Positions 1 through 9,618 of a stretch of 43,654 bases of DNA are shown here, one piece after another. A program made the translations under genes and the position numbers. The notes under the pieces were generated by a model, which saw nothing but the letters and a program-made list of their open reading frames with translations, was not told where the DNA came from and made no database searches. Location: the NCBI GenBank assembly GCA_028866135.1, contig JAGWIS010000003.1, positions 1 through 43,654 of the forward strand, written 5' to 3'. The stretch comes from Patescibacteria group bacterium (GTDB taxonomy: Bacteria; Patescibacteriota; Minisyncoccia; Phycocordibacterales; Phycocordibacteraceae). Each line of letters begins with the position of its first letter. Within the stretch, counting starts at the first letter, position 1.

Positions 1-503
1 CCGGTGTTCTTTGCAAGAATTTTATTCAGGACCGCGCGCAGTTTCAAAATCTGCTTCGCCGTAATTTCGATATCGGTCGCCTGGCCCTCGGCACCGCCGT
101 GCGGCTGGTGAATCATCACTTCCGCATTCGGCAGCGCAAAGCGCTTGCCTTTAGCTCCGGCGGAAAGGAGGATCGCCGCGCCGGACGCCGCCATGCCGAC
201 GCACACGGTCGATACGCTGGGCTTCACATGATTCATCGTATCGACCATCGCGAGCGTCGCGGTGACCGAGCCGCCGGGAGAGTTGATGTAGAGAGAAATG
301 TCTTTCTTCGGATCCTCCGCTTCGAGGAAGAGCAGCTGCGCAATGACGAGATTCGCGACATCATCGTCAATCGGCCCGCCAAGGAAGACGATGCGTTCCT
401 TCAAAAGACGCGAGTAGATATCGTACGCGCGCTCGCCAAACTGGCTTTTCTCGATGACCATCGGGACAAGCATGGACGCGCGGGGTTGTGTATTCGTTTT
501 CAT
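1..503 (-). CDS. clpP: ATP-dependent Clp protease proteolytic subunit (3' end runs off the window)
   Basis: Manual translation from ATG at 503: [45 protein letters not shown]...YINSPGG...GMAASGAA...MIHQP, with catalytic Ser and His motifs. Not in the ORF track. Confidence 0.97.
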   Translation of the reverse strand, partial: MKTNTQPRASMLVPMVIEKSQFGERAYDIYSRLLKERIVFLGGPIDDDVANLVIAQLLFLEAEDPKKDISLYINSPGGSVTATLAMVDTMNHVKPSVSTVCVGMAASGAAILLSAGAKGKRFALPNAEVMIHQPHGGAEGQATDIEITAKQILKLRAVLNKILAKNT

Positions 504-530
504 AGGTTGGTCAGTATATGCTTTTTCTAT

Positions 531-797
531 CTATTGCGCGACCTGCGCCGACGCAGGGATGTTCGTCTCGGAAATCCTTTTGCCCCAGGCGTAGAACGCG
601 CCGATAATCACCATGAGCACGATGACGACGATGGAGATGAGCGCGCCCCAGGACTGCGCTTTCGGGGAGGGGACGCCGGGCAGGGGCGGGATAGCAGGAG
701 GCGGTGTCTGGGGAACTATCGGTTTTTCAAGGGAAATGAGTTCGGGGATGCCCGGCGGGAGAAGTTTTTCTGCTGAGTCGTTATTTGGATTCTCCAT
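531..797 (-). CDS. Small proline-rich single-pass membrane protein (88 aa, MENPNN...)
   Basis: Pro-rich N-terminus plus one hydrophobic helix (WGALISIVVIVLMVIIGAFYAW); start overlaps the ppa 3' end. Confidence 0.7.
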   Translation of the reverse strand: MENPNNDSAEKLLPPGIPELISLEKPIVPQTPPPAIPPLPGVPSPKAQSWGALISIVVIVLMVIIGAFYAWGKRISETNIPASAQVAQ

Positions 798-1299
798 ACA
801 TCTTTCGCGCACGTTCGTATGCGGCGAATGCAGCCGCGCGGCCCTCAAACGCGCCGACTACGACTTCTTTTTTCTGAATCTGTTTGTATGTCGCGAAGAA
901 ATGCGCGATTTCTTTGAGCACGTGCTGATTCGCATCCGCAATGTCGTTGACGCCAGCGTAGCGCGGATCGCCTGAAGCGACCGCGATGATTTTTTCATCT
1001 GCCTCGCCGCCATCAGTCATGTGCATGATGCCGATCGGGCGTGCCGGAACGAGAACGCCCGGCGCAAGCGGGTAGGTGGTGAGCACGACAACGTCGAGCG
1101 CGTCGCCATCGTCCCAGTGCGTCTGCGGCACGAAGCCGTAGTCAAACGGATAGTCCTGTGCGCTGTGAAGCACGCGATCGAGCTTGATTACGCCGGTCTT
1201 TTTATCGATCTCGTATTTATTGTGGGACCCTTTCGGAATTTCGATGATGACATTCATCTCCTCCTTCGTCCCCGGATCAATGTCGTGCAGCAAGTTCAT
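781..1299 (-). CDS. ppa: Inorganic pyrophosphatase (family I)
   Basis: EIPKGS.NKYE, YPFDYGFVPQT, DGDALDV, D.KIIAV motifs. Confidence 0.97.
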   Translation of the reverse strand: MNLLHDIDPGTKEEMNVIIEIPKGSHNKYEIDKKTGVIKLDRVLHSAQDYPFDYGFVPQTHWDDGDALDVVVLTTYPLAPGVLVPARPIGIMHMTDGGEADEKIIAVASGDPRYAGVNDIADANQHVLKEIAHFFATYKQIQKKEVVVGAFEGRAAAFAAYERARKMYGESK

Positions 1300-1314
1300 A
1301 CTCGCCAGTATACC

Positions 1315-2679
1315 TTATTCGTCTTTTGCTTTGTCGCGGTCTTCCTCTTTGTCGGCGACTGTTTCATCGCTTGCGGGAAGGGAAGCGAGCTCCTCTTCGG
1401 CCGGAAGTCCCGTTACTTGCGGCGCTTCATCGGTGATGAGTTCCGCGCTCTCGGTCGGCATGACGCCAGCAGCTTCGGAAGGACGCTCGTCGCTCGGAAT
1501 GACGGCGACCGTTTCGCCATCGGACTCCGCGACTTCGTCGCCGCCAGAAGACACGATGTCGATATTCCAACCAGTGAGTTTCGCCGCGAGACGCACGTTC
1601 TGTCCGCCGCGGCCTATCGCAAGCGACTGCTCGTCCTCGGCGACCGTCACGGTTGCACGATGATCGTCTTCGTTCAGCACCACTTCGGTCGGCGTTGCGG
1701 GAGAGAGCGCTTCCTTTACGAATTCTTTCGCGTCATCGTTCCACTCGATGATGTCGATGCGCTCGCCACCAAGCTCGCTCATGACAGTCGAGACGCGCAC
1801 GCCGCGCTGGCCGACGAGGGAGCCTACCGGATCGATATGCGGATCACGCGAAGCGAGTGCAATCTTGGTGCGACTGCCCGGCTCGCGCGCAAGCGCCTTC
1901 ACTTCAATCGCGCCCGAAGCAAGCTCCGGCGCCTCGAGCTCGAAGAGCTTCACGACGAATTGCGGATGCGCACGGGAAAGGCGCAGGTACACGCCGCGGA
2001 AGCCTTCATCCACCGCGTAGAGGTAGGCGCGGATACGCTCGCCCATGCGGTAGCGCTCGCCCGGGATCTGCTCCTCGTAGGGGATGATGCCGGTCGTGCG
2101 GCCGAGGTCGACGAAAATCGCGCCGCGCTCCATGCGCTGCACGATGCCGCCCACGATCTGTCCTTTCTTCTCGCCGAACTCCTCCATCATCGAGAGCTTC
2201 TCGGCCTCACGCACTTTCTGGATGACCACCTGCTTGGCCGTCTGCGCCGCGATGCGGCCGAAGTCGTCCTGCTGCTCGAGCGGGAAGATGATATCTTCGC
2301 CAATGGCGACGCCGCGCTTCATGCGCTTCGCATCGTCGAGAAGGATGTGTTTCTCAGAATCGAAGCGGGGTAGTTCGCCCTCCGCGAGATGCTCTTCCTC
2401 CGCATGGAAGGGATGCGCGTGATGATGCGCCTCGGGAATTTCTTCGCCGGGAGCGGGAAAACGCACCGTCGTGTCGTCGACGACGGTCTTCACTTGCTCA
2501 AAGGAGATGGTGCCGGTGTTGAGATCGAGCTTCGCGCGAATCACCTGCCCGCGCTTGCCGTACTCGCGCTTGTACGCGGTGGCCATTGCGCTCTCGATGG
2601 CATCGATCATCGTCGCGCGGCTGATGCCGCGATCCTCAAACTCCCCGAGCACCGCATTGATAGTCTTCAAATCAATCAT
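1315..2679 (-). CDS. nusA: Transcription termination/antitermination factor NusA
   Basis: FGRIAAQTAKQV, S1 domain, KH domains (AREPGSRTKIA, AIGRGGQNVRLAAKLTGWNIDI); start taken at MIDLK. Confidence 0.97.
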   Translation of the reverse strand: MIDLKTINAVLGEFEDRGISRATMIDAIESAMATAYKREYGKRGQVIRAKLDLNTGTISFEQVKTVVDDTTVRFPAPGEEIPEAHHHAHPFHAEEEHLAEGELPRFDSEKHILLDDAKRMKRGVAIGEDIIFPLEQQDDFGRIAAQTAKQVVIQKVREAEKLSMMEEFGEKKGQIVGGIVQRMERGAIFVDLGRTTGIIPYEEQIPGERYRMGERIRAYLYAVDEGFRGVYLRLSRAHPQFVVKLFELEAPELASGAIEVKALAREPGSRTKIALASRDPHIDPVGSLVGQRGVRVSTVMSELGGERIDIIEWNDDAKEFVKEALSPATPTEVVLNEDDHRATVTVAEDEQSLAIGRGGQNVRLAAKLTGWNIDIVSSGGDEVAESDGETVAVIPSDERPSEAAGVMPTESAELITDEAPQVTGLPAEEELASLPASDETVADKEEDRDKAKDE

Positions 2680-2813
2680 ATGGAATATGTATGTCGCACC
2701 TTTGTAATAAGAAAGCCCCTTAAGGGGCATTTCGTTAAGAGCAATGTAGCAAAGAAAATAAGTTGCGTCAATGTTCCTTTGCGCGTAGGGTGTCGGGAGA
2801 AGGAGGGCTCACC

Positions 2814-3320
2814 ATGAAGATTCCTGGTCTCGAGAATCCTGCAACCCCGGAGGAGGTGCGGCGAATTTTGCACAATCCGGCTTTCGACGAGTACGTGATC
2901 GGTACCACCGGCAGATGGCGCGTGTACCTAAACATAAGAGACCAACGGTTTCTTGGTCGATGCTACGCGTGGCTGGTGAATGGAAAGCATGCAGACCTCC
3001 TGGACCTGGGCGATCTCTCCGAAGAGGAAGCGCAAAGTCTCTTCGGTATCGTGCGGCGCTTCAGGACTGCGGTCGAGAATTTGTGGGGTGCGACCCATGT
3101 CAACTATGGGTGGCTCGGCAACGAGACGCGCATACATCGCGGCCATGGGCACCTCCACATGACTCCTCGATACTTCGGCGGCGCTCCGAGTTTTTGCGGG
3201 TTGTCCTTTCCAGATCCGTGTATCGGGAAGAATTCCGCGTCGAGTTTTCCGCTCAAGCCGGGGGAGGAAGTTCTTCTCCCCATTCGCGACGCTCTCCGTA
3301 AGGAGATGAAGCTCGCCTGA
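2814..3320 (+). CDS. HIT-family hydrolase-like protein
   Basis: HGHLHMTPRY histidine triad preceded by NYGWLGN; AGGAGG Shine-Dalgarno upstream of ATG 2814. Confidence 0.8.
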   Translation: MKIPGLENPATPEEVRRILHNPAFDEYVIGTTGRWRVYLNIRDQRFLGRCYAWLVNGKHADLLDLGDLSEEEAQSLFGIVRRFRTAVENLWGATHVNYGWLGNETRIHRGHGHLHMTPRYFGGAPSFCGLSFPDPCIGKNSASSFPLKPGEEVLLPIRDALRKEMKLA

Positions 3321-3343
3321 GACATTTCCACGCCCTGTCTGAA

Positions 3344-3372
3344 AACGCGCCGAGGCCAAGCCTCGGCGCGTT
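3344..3372. terminator. 13-bp GC-rich hairpin, probable intrinsic terminator
   Basis: AACGCGCCGAGGC-caa-GCCTCGGCGCGTT downstream of the HIT gene and abutting the pilB -10 box. Confidence 0.55.
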
Positions 3373-3385
3373 ATACTTTACCCAT

Positions 3386-5134
3386 ATGCACGTTTCGGAA
3401 GGGGAGCTGAAAGAATTCATCATCGACTCGGGCCTCGTCGCGAAGAAGGAGATTGACGCGGCGGACGAGGAGGCGAAGAAGCGCGGGCAGTCGCTCGGCG
3501 ACATGCTCGTCTCGCGCGGCTCCCTCACCGAGGACGCGCTGCGCCGCATCCAGGCGTACGTGCTCGGCATCCCATTTGTAAACCTCAAAGACAATCGCAT
3601 CACCCCGGACGTCCTCTCCCTCATCCCCGAACCGATCGCGCGCACGCACAACATCATCGCGTTCCGCAAAGACGGCGATTCGCTCGAGGTGGCGATGCTC
3701 GACGTGGACGATCTCGCCTCAATCGACTCGGTGCGCAAGAAGACGGGGCTCAAGATCCTGCCGCGGCTCACCGACACCGAGAGCATAAAGTTCGCTCTTT
3801 TGCAGTACCAGAAATCGCTCAAGGATGAATTCGGCGACATCATTTCCGCCGAGGCGGGAAAGATCCGCGCCGTTGCTGAGGGCGATAAGGACATCTCCGG
3901 TGAAGACCTCAAGAAGATGGCGGAGGATCTGCCGATCGTGCGCATCGTCGACACCCTGCTCCGGCACGCCATCGTGCAAGGCGCCTCCGACATCCACATC
4001 GAGCCCATGGAGAACGAGGTACTCGTGCGCTACCGCATCGACGGCATCCTCCACGACGCGATGACGCTGCCGAAAGCCGCTGCCGCAGGCATCGTCGCGC
4101 GCATCAAGGTGCTCTCCAATCTGAAGCTCGACGAAAAACGCCTGCCACAGGATGGGCGCTTCAAGATGGAGACCGAGGCCGAAAAAGTTTCTTTCCGCGT
4201 GTCGATTCTCCCGACCTTCTTCGGCGAAAAGACGGTGATGCGCCTTTTGCGCGAGACGGGCGAAGGCTTCACGCTCGACGTGCTCGGATTCCACGGAGAA
4301 AACATGGAGCGTATTCACCGCGCGCTGAAACAGACCACTGGCATCATCCTTATTTCAGGCCCGACCGGATCCGGCAAGACGACGACGCTCTACACGATGC
4401 TCGACATCCTGAATCAGCCGGATGTGAACATCTCCACCGTCGAAGATCCGATCGAATACCAGATGAAGCGCGTGAATCAGACGCAGGTGAATCCGCAGAT
4501 AGGATTCACCTTCGCAAATGGTCTGCGCTCCCTCGTGCGCCAGGACCCAGACATCATCATGGTGGGCGAAATCCGCGATAGCGAGACCGCTTCGCTTGCT
4601 ATAAACGCCGCACTTACCGGCCACCTCGTCCTCTCCACGATTCACACCAACAGCGCCGCAGGCGCCATCCCGCGCCTGATCGACATGGGCGTCGAGCCGT
4701 TCCTTCTTGCGTCGACCATCCGCGTCATCGTCGGGCAGCGCCTCGTGCGCAAGCTCTGCGAAACGAAGGAGCCGTATACGCTTGATAAAGCCACGCGCAC
4801 CAAGATCGCAAACGACGAAGAGTTCGGAGCGGCCTTCCGCGCGCTTGAAGAGGAAAAACTGGTGAAGGCAGGGACGACGCTCGACGAGGTTTCTTTTTAC
4901 CGGCCGGTCCCCTCTGCTGAATGTGAAGACGGCTACAAGAGCCGAATCGGCATCCACGAAGTGCTTGCGGTGTCGCCCGCCATCCGCGACATCATGCTCC
5001 ACTCAAGCACCACCGACGCGCTCGAAGCGCAGGCGAAGAAGGAAGGAATGCTCACGATGTTTGAAGACGGCCTCTACAAAGCCGCGCGCGGCATCACGAG
5101 CATCGAGGAAGTTCTGCGTGCGATTTCCGAATGA
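3386..5134 (+). CDS. pilB: Type IV pilus/T2SS assembly ATPase (PilB/GspE)
   Basis: ASDIHIEP, RLPQDGR, Walker A GPTGSGKT, TVEDPIEY, RQDPDIIMVGEIRD, LTGHLVLSTIHTN. Confidence 0.95.
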   Translation: MHVSEGELKEFIIDSGLVAKKEIDAADEEAKKRGQSLGDMLVSRGSLTEDALRRIQAYVLGIPFVNLKDNRITPDVLSLIPEPIARTHNIIAFRKDGDSLEVAMLDVDDLASIDSVRKKTGLKILPRLTDTESIKFALLQYQKSLKDEFGDIISAEAGKIRAVAEGDKDISGEDLKKMAEDLPIVRIVDTLLRHAIVQGASDIHIEPMENEVLVRYRIDGILHDAMTLPKAAAAGIVARIKVLSNLKLDEKRLPQDGRFKMETEAEKVSFRVSILPTFFGEKTVMRLLRETGEGFTLDVLGFHGENMERIHRALKQTTGIILISGPTGSGKTTTLYTMLDILNQPDVNISTVEDPIEYQMKRVNQTQVNPQIGFTFANGLRSLVRQDPDIIMVGEIRDSETASLAINAALTGHLVLSTIHTNSAAGAIPRLIDMGVEPFLLASTIRVIVGQRLVRKLCETKEPYTLDKATRTKIANDEEFGAAFRALEEEKLVKAGTTLDEVSFYRPVPSAECEDGYKSRIGIHEVLAVSPAIRDIMLHSSTTDALEAQAKKEGMLTMFEDGLYKAARGITSIEEVLRAISE

Positions 5135-5135
5135 T

Positions 5136-6350
5136 ATGAAATTCCGCGCTGTCATACGCAAAGAAGGAGCGCCGGACTCCACCGTTATCATCGAAGCGCC
5201 TTCGCGCTTCGCCGTGTACGAGCAGGTGCAGAAGGAAGGAGGCGTCGTCGTGGAGCTCTTGGAGGGAACGGGCGGATTCAAGCTCCCCGCATGGCTCTCC
5301 TACAAAATCGGCACCGGCGTGAAGCGCGTCGAGATCATCCGGATGGCGAAGAATCTCTCCGCGATGCTCGGCGCGGGCCTTGCGCTTTCGCGCGCGCTTT
5401 CGGTCATCGAGCGGCAATCGGGCAATAAGCACCTGAAAGCGATCGTCGCGAGTCTCGCCGAATCGATCAGGAAAGGTTCTTCTTTCCATGAAAGCCTGGC
5501 TGCGTATCCGAAAGTGTTTCCCGAACTCTTCGTGGCGATGGTGCGTTCGGGTGAGGAATCCGGAGGTCTTTCCGATTCGCTTACGATCGTCGGGGTCCAG
5601 ATGGAGCGTTCGGAAGAGCTCATCCGGAAGATCAAAGGCGCGATGATCTATCCGTCTATCGTCATTACGGCCGTCCTCATCGTCGGTATCCTGATGCTCA
5701 TCTACGTCGTGCCGACCCTGACTGCGACCTTCACTCAGCTCGGCGTCGAGGTGCCGCTTGCAACACAAATCATCGTCGCGATCTCGAATTTCATGGTCGG
5801 GAACGTGACGCTCGTCTTCACCGGCATCCTCGCGCTTATCGCCCTCAGCATCGCCTTCGTCCGCTCGAAGCGCGGGAGCGCGATCGTGCTTGCCGTCGCC
5901 CTTCACCTGCCCGTCATCGGCGAGCTCGTGCGCGAGACGTACACCGCGCGCGCCGCACGCACCCTTTCCTCGCTCCTCGCTTCCGGCGTACCGGTGCTCG
6001 ATGCCCTCTCCATCACCAAAGCGGTGGTGCGTGCAAACGCCTTCGCGAACGTGATCGCGGAAGCTGAGGAGCGCGTGAAGAAGGGCGAGCCGCTCTCGCT
6101 CTCCTTCGCCGAGCACACGAATCTCTATCCCATCCTCATGAGCGATATGCTCACGGTGGGTGAGGAGACCGGCAAAGTCTCGGAAATGCTGAAGCAGATC
6201 GCGGAATTCTACGAGGAGGATGTGGCTGAGCGGACGAAAGATCTCTCCACGATCATCGAGCCGCTCCTCATGCTTCTCATCGGCACCGTCGTCGGCATCT
6301 TCGCCGTCTCGATGATCGCGCCGATTTACTCGCTCTCTTCCGCCTTCTAG
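5136..6350 (+). CDS. pilC: Type IV pilus/T2SS inner-membrane platform protein (PilC/GspF)
   Basis: Two GspF repeats (GEESGGL; GEETGKV..ML), AMIYP, IIEPLLM; ATG 1 nt after the pilB stop. Confidence 0.93.
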   Translation: MKFRAVIRKEGAPDSTVIIEAPSRFAVYEQVQKEGGVVVELLEGTGGFKLPAWLSYKIGTGVKRVEIIRMAKNLSAMLGAGLALSRALSVIERQSGNKHLKAIVASLAESIRKGSSFHESLAAYPKVFPELFVAMVRSGEESGGLSDSLTIVGVQMERSEELIRKIKGAMIYPSIVITAVLIVGILMLIYVVPTLTATFTQLGVEVPLATQIIVAISNFMVGNVTLVFTGILALIALSIAFVRSKRGSAIVLAVALHLPVIGELVRETYTARAARTLSSLLASGVPVLDALSITKAVVRANAFANVIAEAEERVKKGEPLSLSFAEHTNLYPILMSDMLTVGEETGKVSEMLKQIAEFYEEDVAERTKDLSTIIEPLLMLLIGTVVGIFAVSMIAPIYSLSSAF

Positions 6351-6351
6351 C

Positions 6352-6879
6352 ATGAGGCCGTTTCGAGGAGCTCCCCATACACCAGCTTCGGCATCATGGT
6401 CTTTGCGCCGAGTGCCGCAGACCGTATTCGCGTGCCCGCAGGAAATATCAGGTGCCCGGGGAGAAACGCGCGAGACCACGCGCGGCGCAATGCCGAAGCT
6501 GGTGTCTGGGTTCAGTCTCATCGAAGTCATCGTCTCGATCTTCATCATGAGCGTCATCCTGCTCCTCTTCCAGGCGCTCGTCAGGAGCAGCGTGCTCGTG
6601 CGCACGTCGAAAGATCAGGGGATCGCGCTCGCGGTCGTCAGGAACGAGCTCGAGACGCTGCGTGCAAACGGCTACGCAGCGCTTCCGGCAAGCGGTTCGT
6701 TTTCGGACAGCTTGCTCGGCACGCTTCCGCCCGCGACGACTGCGACCCTCTCTGTGAGCGTGCTAAATGCGCAAACGAAACAAGTCTCGGCGAGTGTCGT
6801 GTGGAGAGAGCCGGGCGCCGCCGCATCGAGCACCGTCTCGCTCTCCACACTCATTACTCAGAATGGCGGCCTTCCATGA
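6352..6879 (+). CDS. Minor type IV pilin (PilV-like) whose prepilin leader carries an in-frame palindromic insert; alternative start 6490
   Basis: G|FSLIE prepilin cleavage motif followed by a hydrophobic helix; ATG 1 nt after the pilC stop. Confidence 0.85.
   Translation: MRPFRGAPHTPASASWSLRRVPQTVFACPQEISGARGETRETTRGAMPKLVSGFSLIEVIVSIFIMSVILLLFQALVRSSVLVRTSKDQGIALAVVRNELETLRANGYAALPASGSFSDSLLGTLPPATTATLSVSVLNAQTKQVSASVVWREPGAAASSTVSLSTLITQNGGLP
6374..6510. mobile_element. MITE-like palindromic element in the prepilin leader
   Basis: 21-bp inverted repeat CCCATACACCAGCTTCGGCAT (6374-6394) / ATGCCGAAGCTGGTGTCTGGG (6490-6510), 1 mismatch. Confidence 0.75.
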
Positions 6880-7445
6880 CGCGCCTCTTTCAATCCGCGG
6901 CACGCGCGTTCACGCTTCTTGAAACGATGATCGTCATCGCGCTTGCCGCCGGCATGATGACCACGCTCGGCTTCCTTATCTACAATTTCAATGGCACCTC
7001 GGCGTACGAGCAGACGCTCTCGCAATCATCCGGCTCCGCAAGCGCGGTTCTGCGCGAAGTGGAATCGCTCGTGCTGCCGGCCGATGCGGTACTCCAGACG
7101 CATACGTTTTCAAGCACGACGTATACCTCCACCTCGACCTCGATCGTCCTCGAAATCCCCTCTATCGACAGTTCCGGAAACGTCATTTCAAGCACCTATG
7201 ACTATGCGGCGTTTTATACATCCGGCACGAACGCGTACCGCCTTCTTCAGGCAAACGCGTCGAGCAAACGAGCGTCAGGGACGAAACTGCTCAGTTCGAG
7301 CGTAAAAACGCTCACGTTCTCCTACAACAATACCGACTTCACTAAAGTGAGCAGCACCACCGTCGACATCCAGACGCAGGCGCAGGTAAAGCAGAACACC
7401 GTCTCCGATCACCGGCGCGAGCAGATGCGCCTGCGCAACTACTAA
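6876..7445 (+). CDS. Minor type IV pilin (PilW/PulJ-like)
   Basis: MTRLFQSAARA|FTLLE plus hydrophobic helix; ATGA overlap with the upstream gene. Confidence 0.85.
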   Translation: MTRLFQSAARAFTLLETMIVIALAAGMMTTLGFLIYNFNGTSAYEQTLSQSSGSASAVLREVESLVLPADAVLQTHTFSSTTYTSTSTSIVLEIPSIDSSGNVISSTYDYAAFYTSGTNAYRLLQANASSKRASGTKLLSSSVKTLTFSYNNTDFTKVSSTTVDIQTQAQVKQNTVSDHRREQMRLRNY

Positions 7446-7446
7446 T

Positions 7447-8733
7447 ATGTTCCGTATGCTCCGCCGCGCCCACTCTCCAATCTTCCGCCAAGGATACGTG
7501 CTTGTCCTTGCGCTCGTATTCCTCGGCATCTTCTTCGCCACCGGAAGCGCATATCTGAACTCCGTCACGAGCTCTGCGCGGAGCATCCGCGCGAGCGTCG
7601 CAAGCGCGCAGGCGCTCGCGCTTGCCGAGGCGGGCATTGATGCGGCAGTGTACCAGTTGAATCAGAACGGTAGTTACTCCGGAGAGTCGAATACGGCGCT
7701 TGGCGCGGGCACCTATACCGTCGTCGTCTCGGCAATCGACACCAACACCAAGCGGCTCACAGTCACCGGGTACGTTCCGAACTCCGCAAATCCTCTTGCG
7801 ACCAAGACCGTGACCGTGCTCGTAAGCATCAACACGACCACCATCTCCTTCCACTACGGCGCACAGGTCGGAGCGGGCGGCATCAGCATGAACAACAACT
7901 CGCAGGTAAACGGCAATCTGTATTCTGACGGGAGCATTTCGGGAAGCGGCACCATCACGGGCGACGTGACCGTCGCGAGCAGCACGAATTCGCTCAGCGG
8001 CGTGACGGTGACGGGGACCGCGCGGGCGCACTCGCTCACGAACTGCACGATAAGCGGCGACGCGTACTACCAGACCATTTCGAACTGCCCGGTGGGCGGG
8101 ACGAGGTACCCGGGAAGCGCGGATTCAGCCTCGCTTCCTATGCCGATTTCAGACGCGCAGATCACCGCATGGGAGGCGACCGCGGCGGCCGGAGGAGTAA
8201 CCGCAGGGCCGCATACGGTAAGCGGTTCAGAAACATTGGGCCCGCAAGAGATAAACGGCGACCTCACGATAAACGGCACGCTCACTCTCAGCGGCATCGT
8301 ATGGGTGAAAGGAAACGTGTCTTTTAGAAACAATGCGTCTCTCACCGTCTCTTCAAATCTGGGGAATGCCGGCGCTATCCTCATTGCGGACGTGCCCGGA
8401 AACCAGTCCTCGAAGGGGACTGTCGACCTTTCAAACAACATCACGATATCGGGAAACGGAAACGCAGGAAGCTATCCGATGGTTCTTTCCACGAATTCCG
8501 GCTCGGACGCGATTTCGGTCGGAAACAATGCGACCAGCGTCATCCTCTACGCGTCAAAGGGCACGATCGAGGTGAGCAATAACGCGAGCGTGAACCAGAT
8601 CACCGCGTACGAGCTTTCGCTCCAGAATAATGCGACGATTACGTACGTAAGCGGCCTTCAAAACGCAAACTTCTCCGGCGGCGCGGGAGGATCATGGGCG
8701 GTCGTGCCGCACACCTACTCCATCTCCCGCTAG
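7447..8733 (+). CDS. PilX-like minor pilin with a Gly/Asn/Ser/Thr-rich beta-rich C-terminal domain
   Basis: G|YVLVLALVF lacking Glu5, QALALAEAGID (PilX N-terminal signature), last gene of the pilin cluster. Confidence 0.8.
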   Translation: MFRMLRRAHSPIFRQGYVLVLALVFLGIFFATGSAYLNSVTSSARSIRASVASAQALALAEAGIDAAVYQLNQNGSYSGESNTALGAGTYTVVVSAIDTNTKRLTVTGYVPNSANPLATKTVTVLVSINTTTISFHYGAQVGAGGISMNNNSQVNGNLYSDGSISGSGTITGDVTVASSTNSLSGVTVTGTARAHSLTNCTISGDAYYQTISNCPVGGTRYPGSADSASLPMPISDAQITAWEATAAAGGVTAGPHTVSGSETLGPQEINGDLTINGTLTLSGIVWVKGNVSFRNNASLTVSSNLGNAGAILIADVPGNQSSKGTVDLSNNITISGNGNAGSYPMVLSTNSGSDAISVGNNATSVILYASKGTIEVSNNASVNQITAYELSLQNNATITYVSGLQNANFSGGAGGSWAVVPHTYSISR

Positions 8734-8751
8734 AGCTGCTATCATAGGAGC

Positions 8752-9495
8752 ATGCTCATTGTCGCCAACTGGAAAGCCTACGTCGAAGACATAAAAAAAG
8801 CGAAAAAGCTTTTTTCGATAAGCAAAAAGCTCGTGCGCGCGACCGGCGTCGACATTGTCCTTGCGCCGCCGGCTCCTTTTCTCGGCGCGCTCGCCGTGCG
8901 CAATAAGTCTCGCGTGGCCTTCGCGGCGCAGGATATTTCCGTAACCACCGGCGGCGCAAGAACTGGCGAAGCGACCGCAAGCGCCTATACGGCGGCCGGA
9001 GCGACCTATGCCATCATCGGCCACTCCGAACGAAGGGCGGCGGGCGATACGAGGGAGATCGTTGCAGAGAAGATCGCGCGCGCCTTCGCGAACGGACTCA
9101 CCCCCATTCTCTGTGTGGGCGAGGAGGAGCGCGATGGGGGAGGCCGCTATCTCGGCTTCATCCGCGAAGAAATAGTGAGTGCGATTGAGCCTCTCGCCCC
9201 CAAAGAGCGCCCGAAAATCATCGTGGCATACGAGCCGCTCTGGGCCATCAATAAGACGGCCGCTGATGCTATCAGCTCGAATGATCTTGCCGAGATGACG
9301 CTCTACATCCGGAAAGTGCTGGCCGAACTCCTCCCTGGGAAAGGGTCGCAGCATGTGCCGGTGCTCTACGGCGGCTCAGTCGAGCCGGAGAATGCACGCC
9401 TGCTCGCTCTTGATTCGGGCATTGATGGATTCCTCGTTGGACACGCTTCGGTCGATCCGGCTTCTTTCGAGCTTCTCGCAAAACATCTCGCTTGA
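8752..9495 (+). CDS. tpiA: Triosephosphate isomerase
   Basis: ANWK, IIGHSERR, AYEPLWAI, LYGGSV. Confidence 0.96.
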   Translation: MLIVANWKAYVEDIKKAKKLFSISKKLVRATGVDIVLAPPAPFLGALAVRNKSRVAFAAQDISVTTGGARTGEATASAYTAAGATYAIIGHSERRAAGDTREIVAEKIARAFANGLTPILCVGEEERDGGGRYLGFIREEIVSAIEPLAPKERPKIIVAYEPLWAINKTAADAISSNDLAEMTLYIRKVLAELLPGKGSQHVPVLYGGSVEPENARLLALDSGIDGFLVGHASVDPASFELLAKHLA

Positions 9496-9496
9496 T

Positions 9497-9618
9497 GCGT
9501 CCCGTTAGAAATCACGAACACGTCTCTTGGAGTAATCGCGAAACAATATGGAACGCAGTAACCAAATAAACTATGACGATCCTTATGCGACGGCCGTATT
9601 CTATTTCTAACGGGATGC
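9497..9618. mobile_element. MITE-like element (CCCGTTAGA...TCTAACGGG family) at the tpiA/pgk junction
   Basis: 16-bp inverted repeat GCGTCCCGTTAGAAAT / ATTTCTAACGGGATGC; ATGCG repeated at 9495 and 9615. Confidence 0.75.

Noticed and set aside
1021-2373. 450-aa plus-strand ORF (likewise 99-776, 5094-6605, 11361-12602, 12077-13378, 19473-20369, 20430-21686, 34597-35445, 41247-42386)
   Set aside because: Antisense shadows of well-supported genes in GC-rich DNA; no recognisable motifs
4923-5135. Long N-terminal extensions in the ORF track (pilC, 6396 pilin, ruvC, ruvB, ruvA, rpsT, rpmB, dnaA)
   Set aside because: They overlap neighbouring genes or intergenic DNA; family-typical starts lie downstream
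9501-9614. Integron attC site (GTTAGA / TCTAAC cores)
   Set aside because: Cores are in the reverse order to attC, with no cassette array or integrase in view
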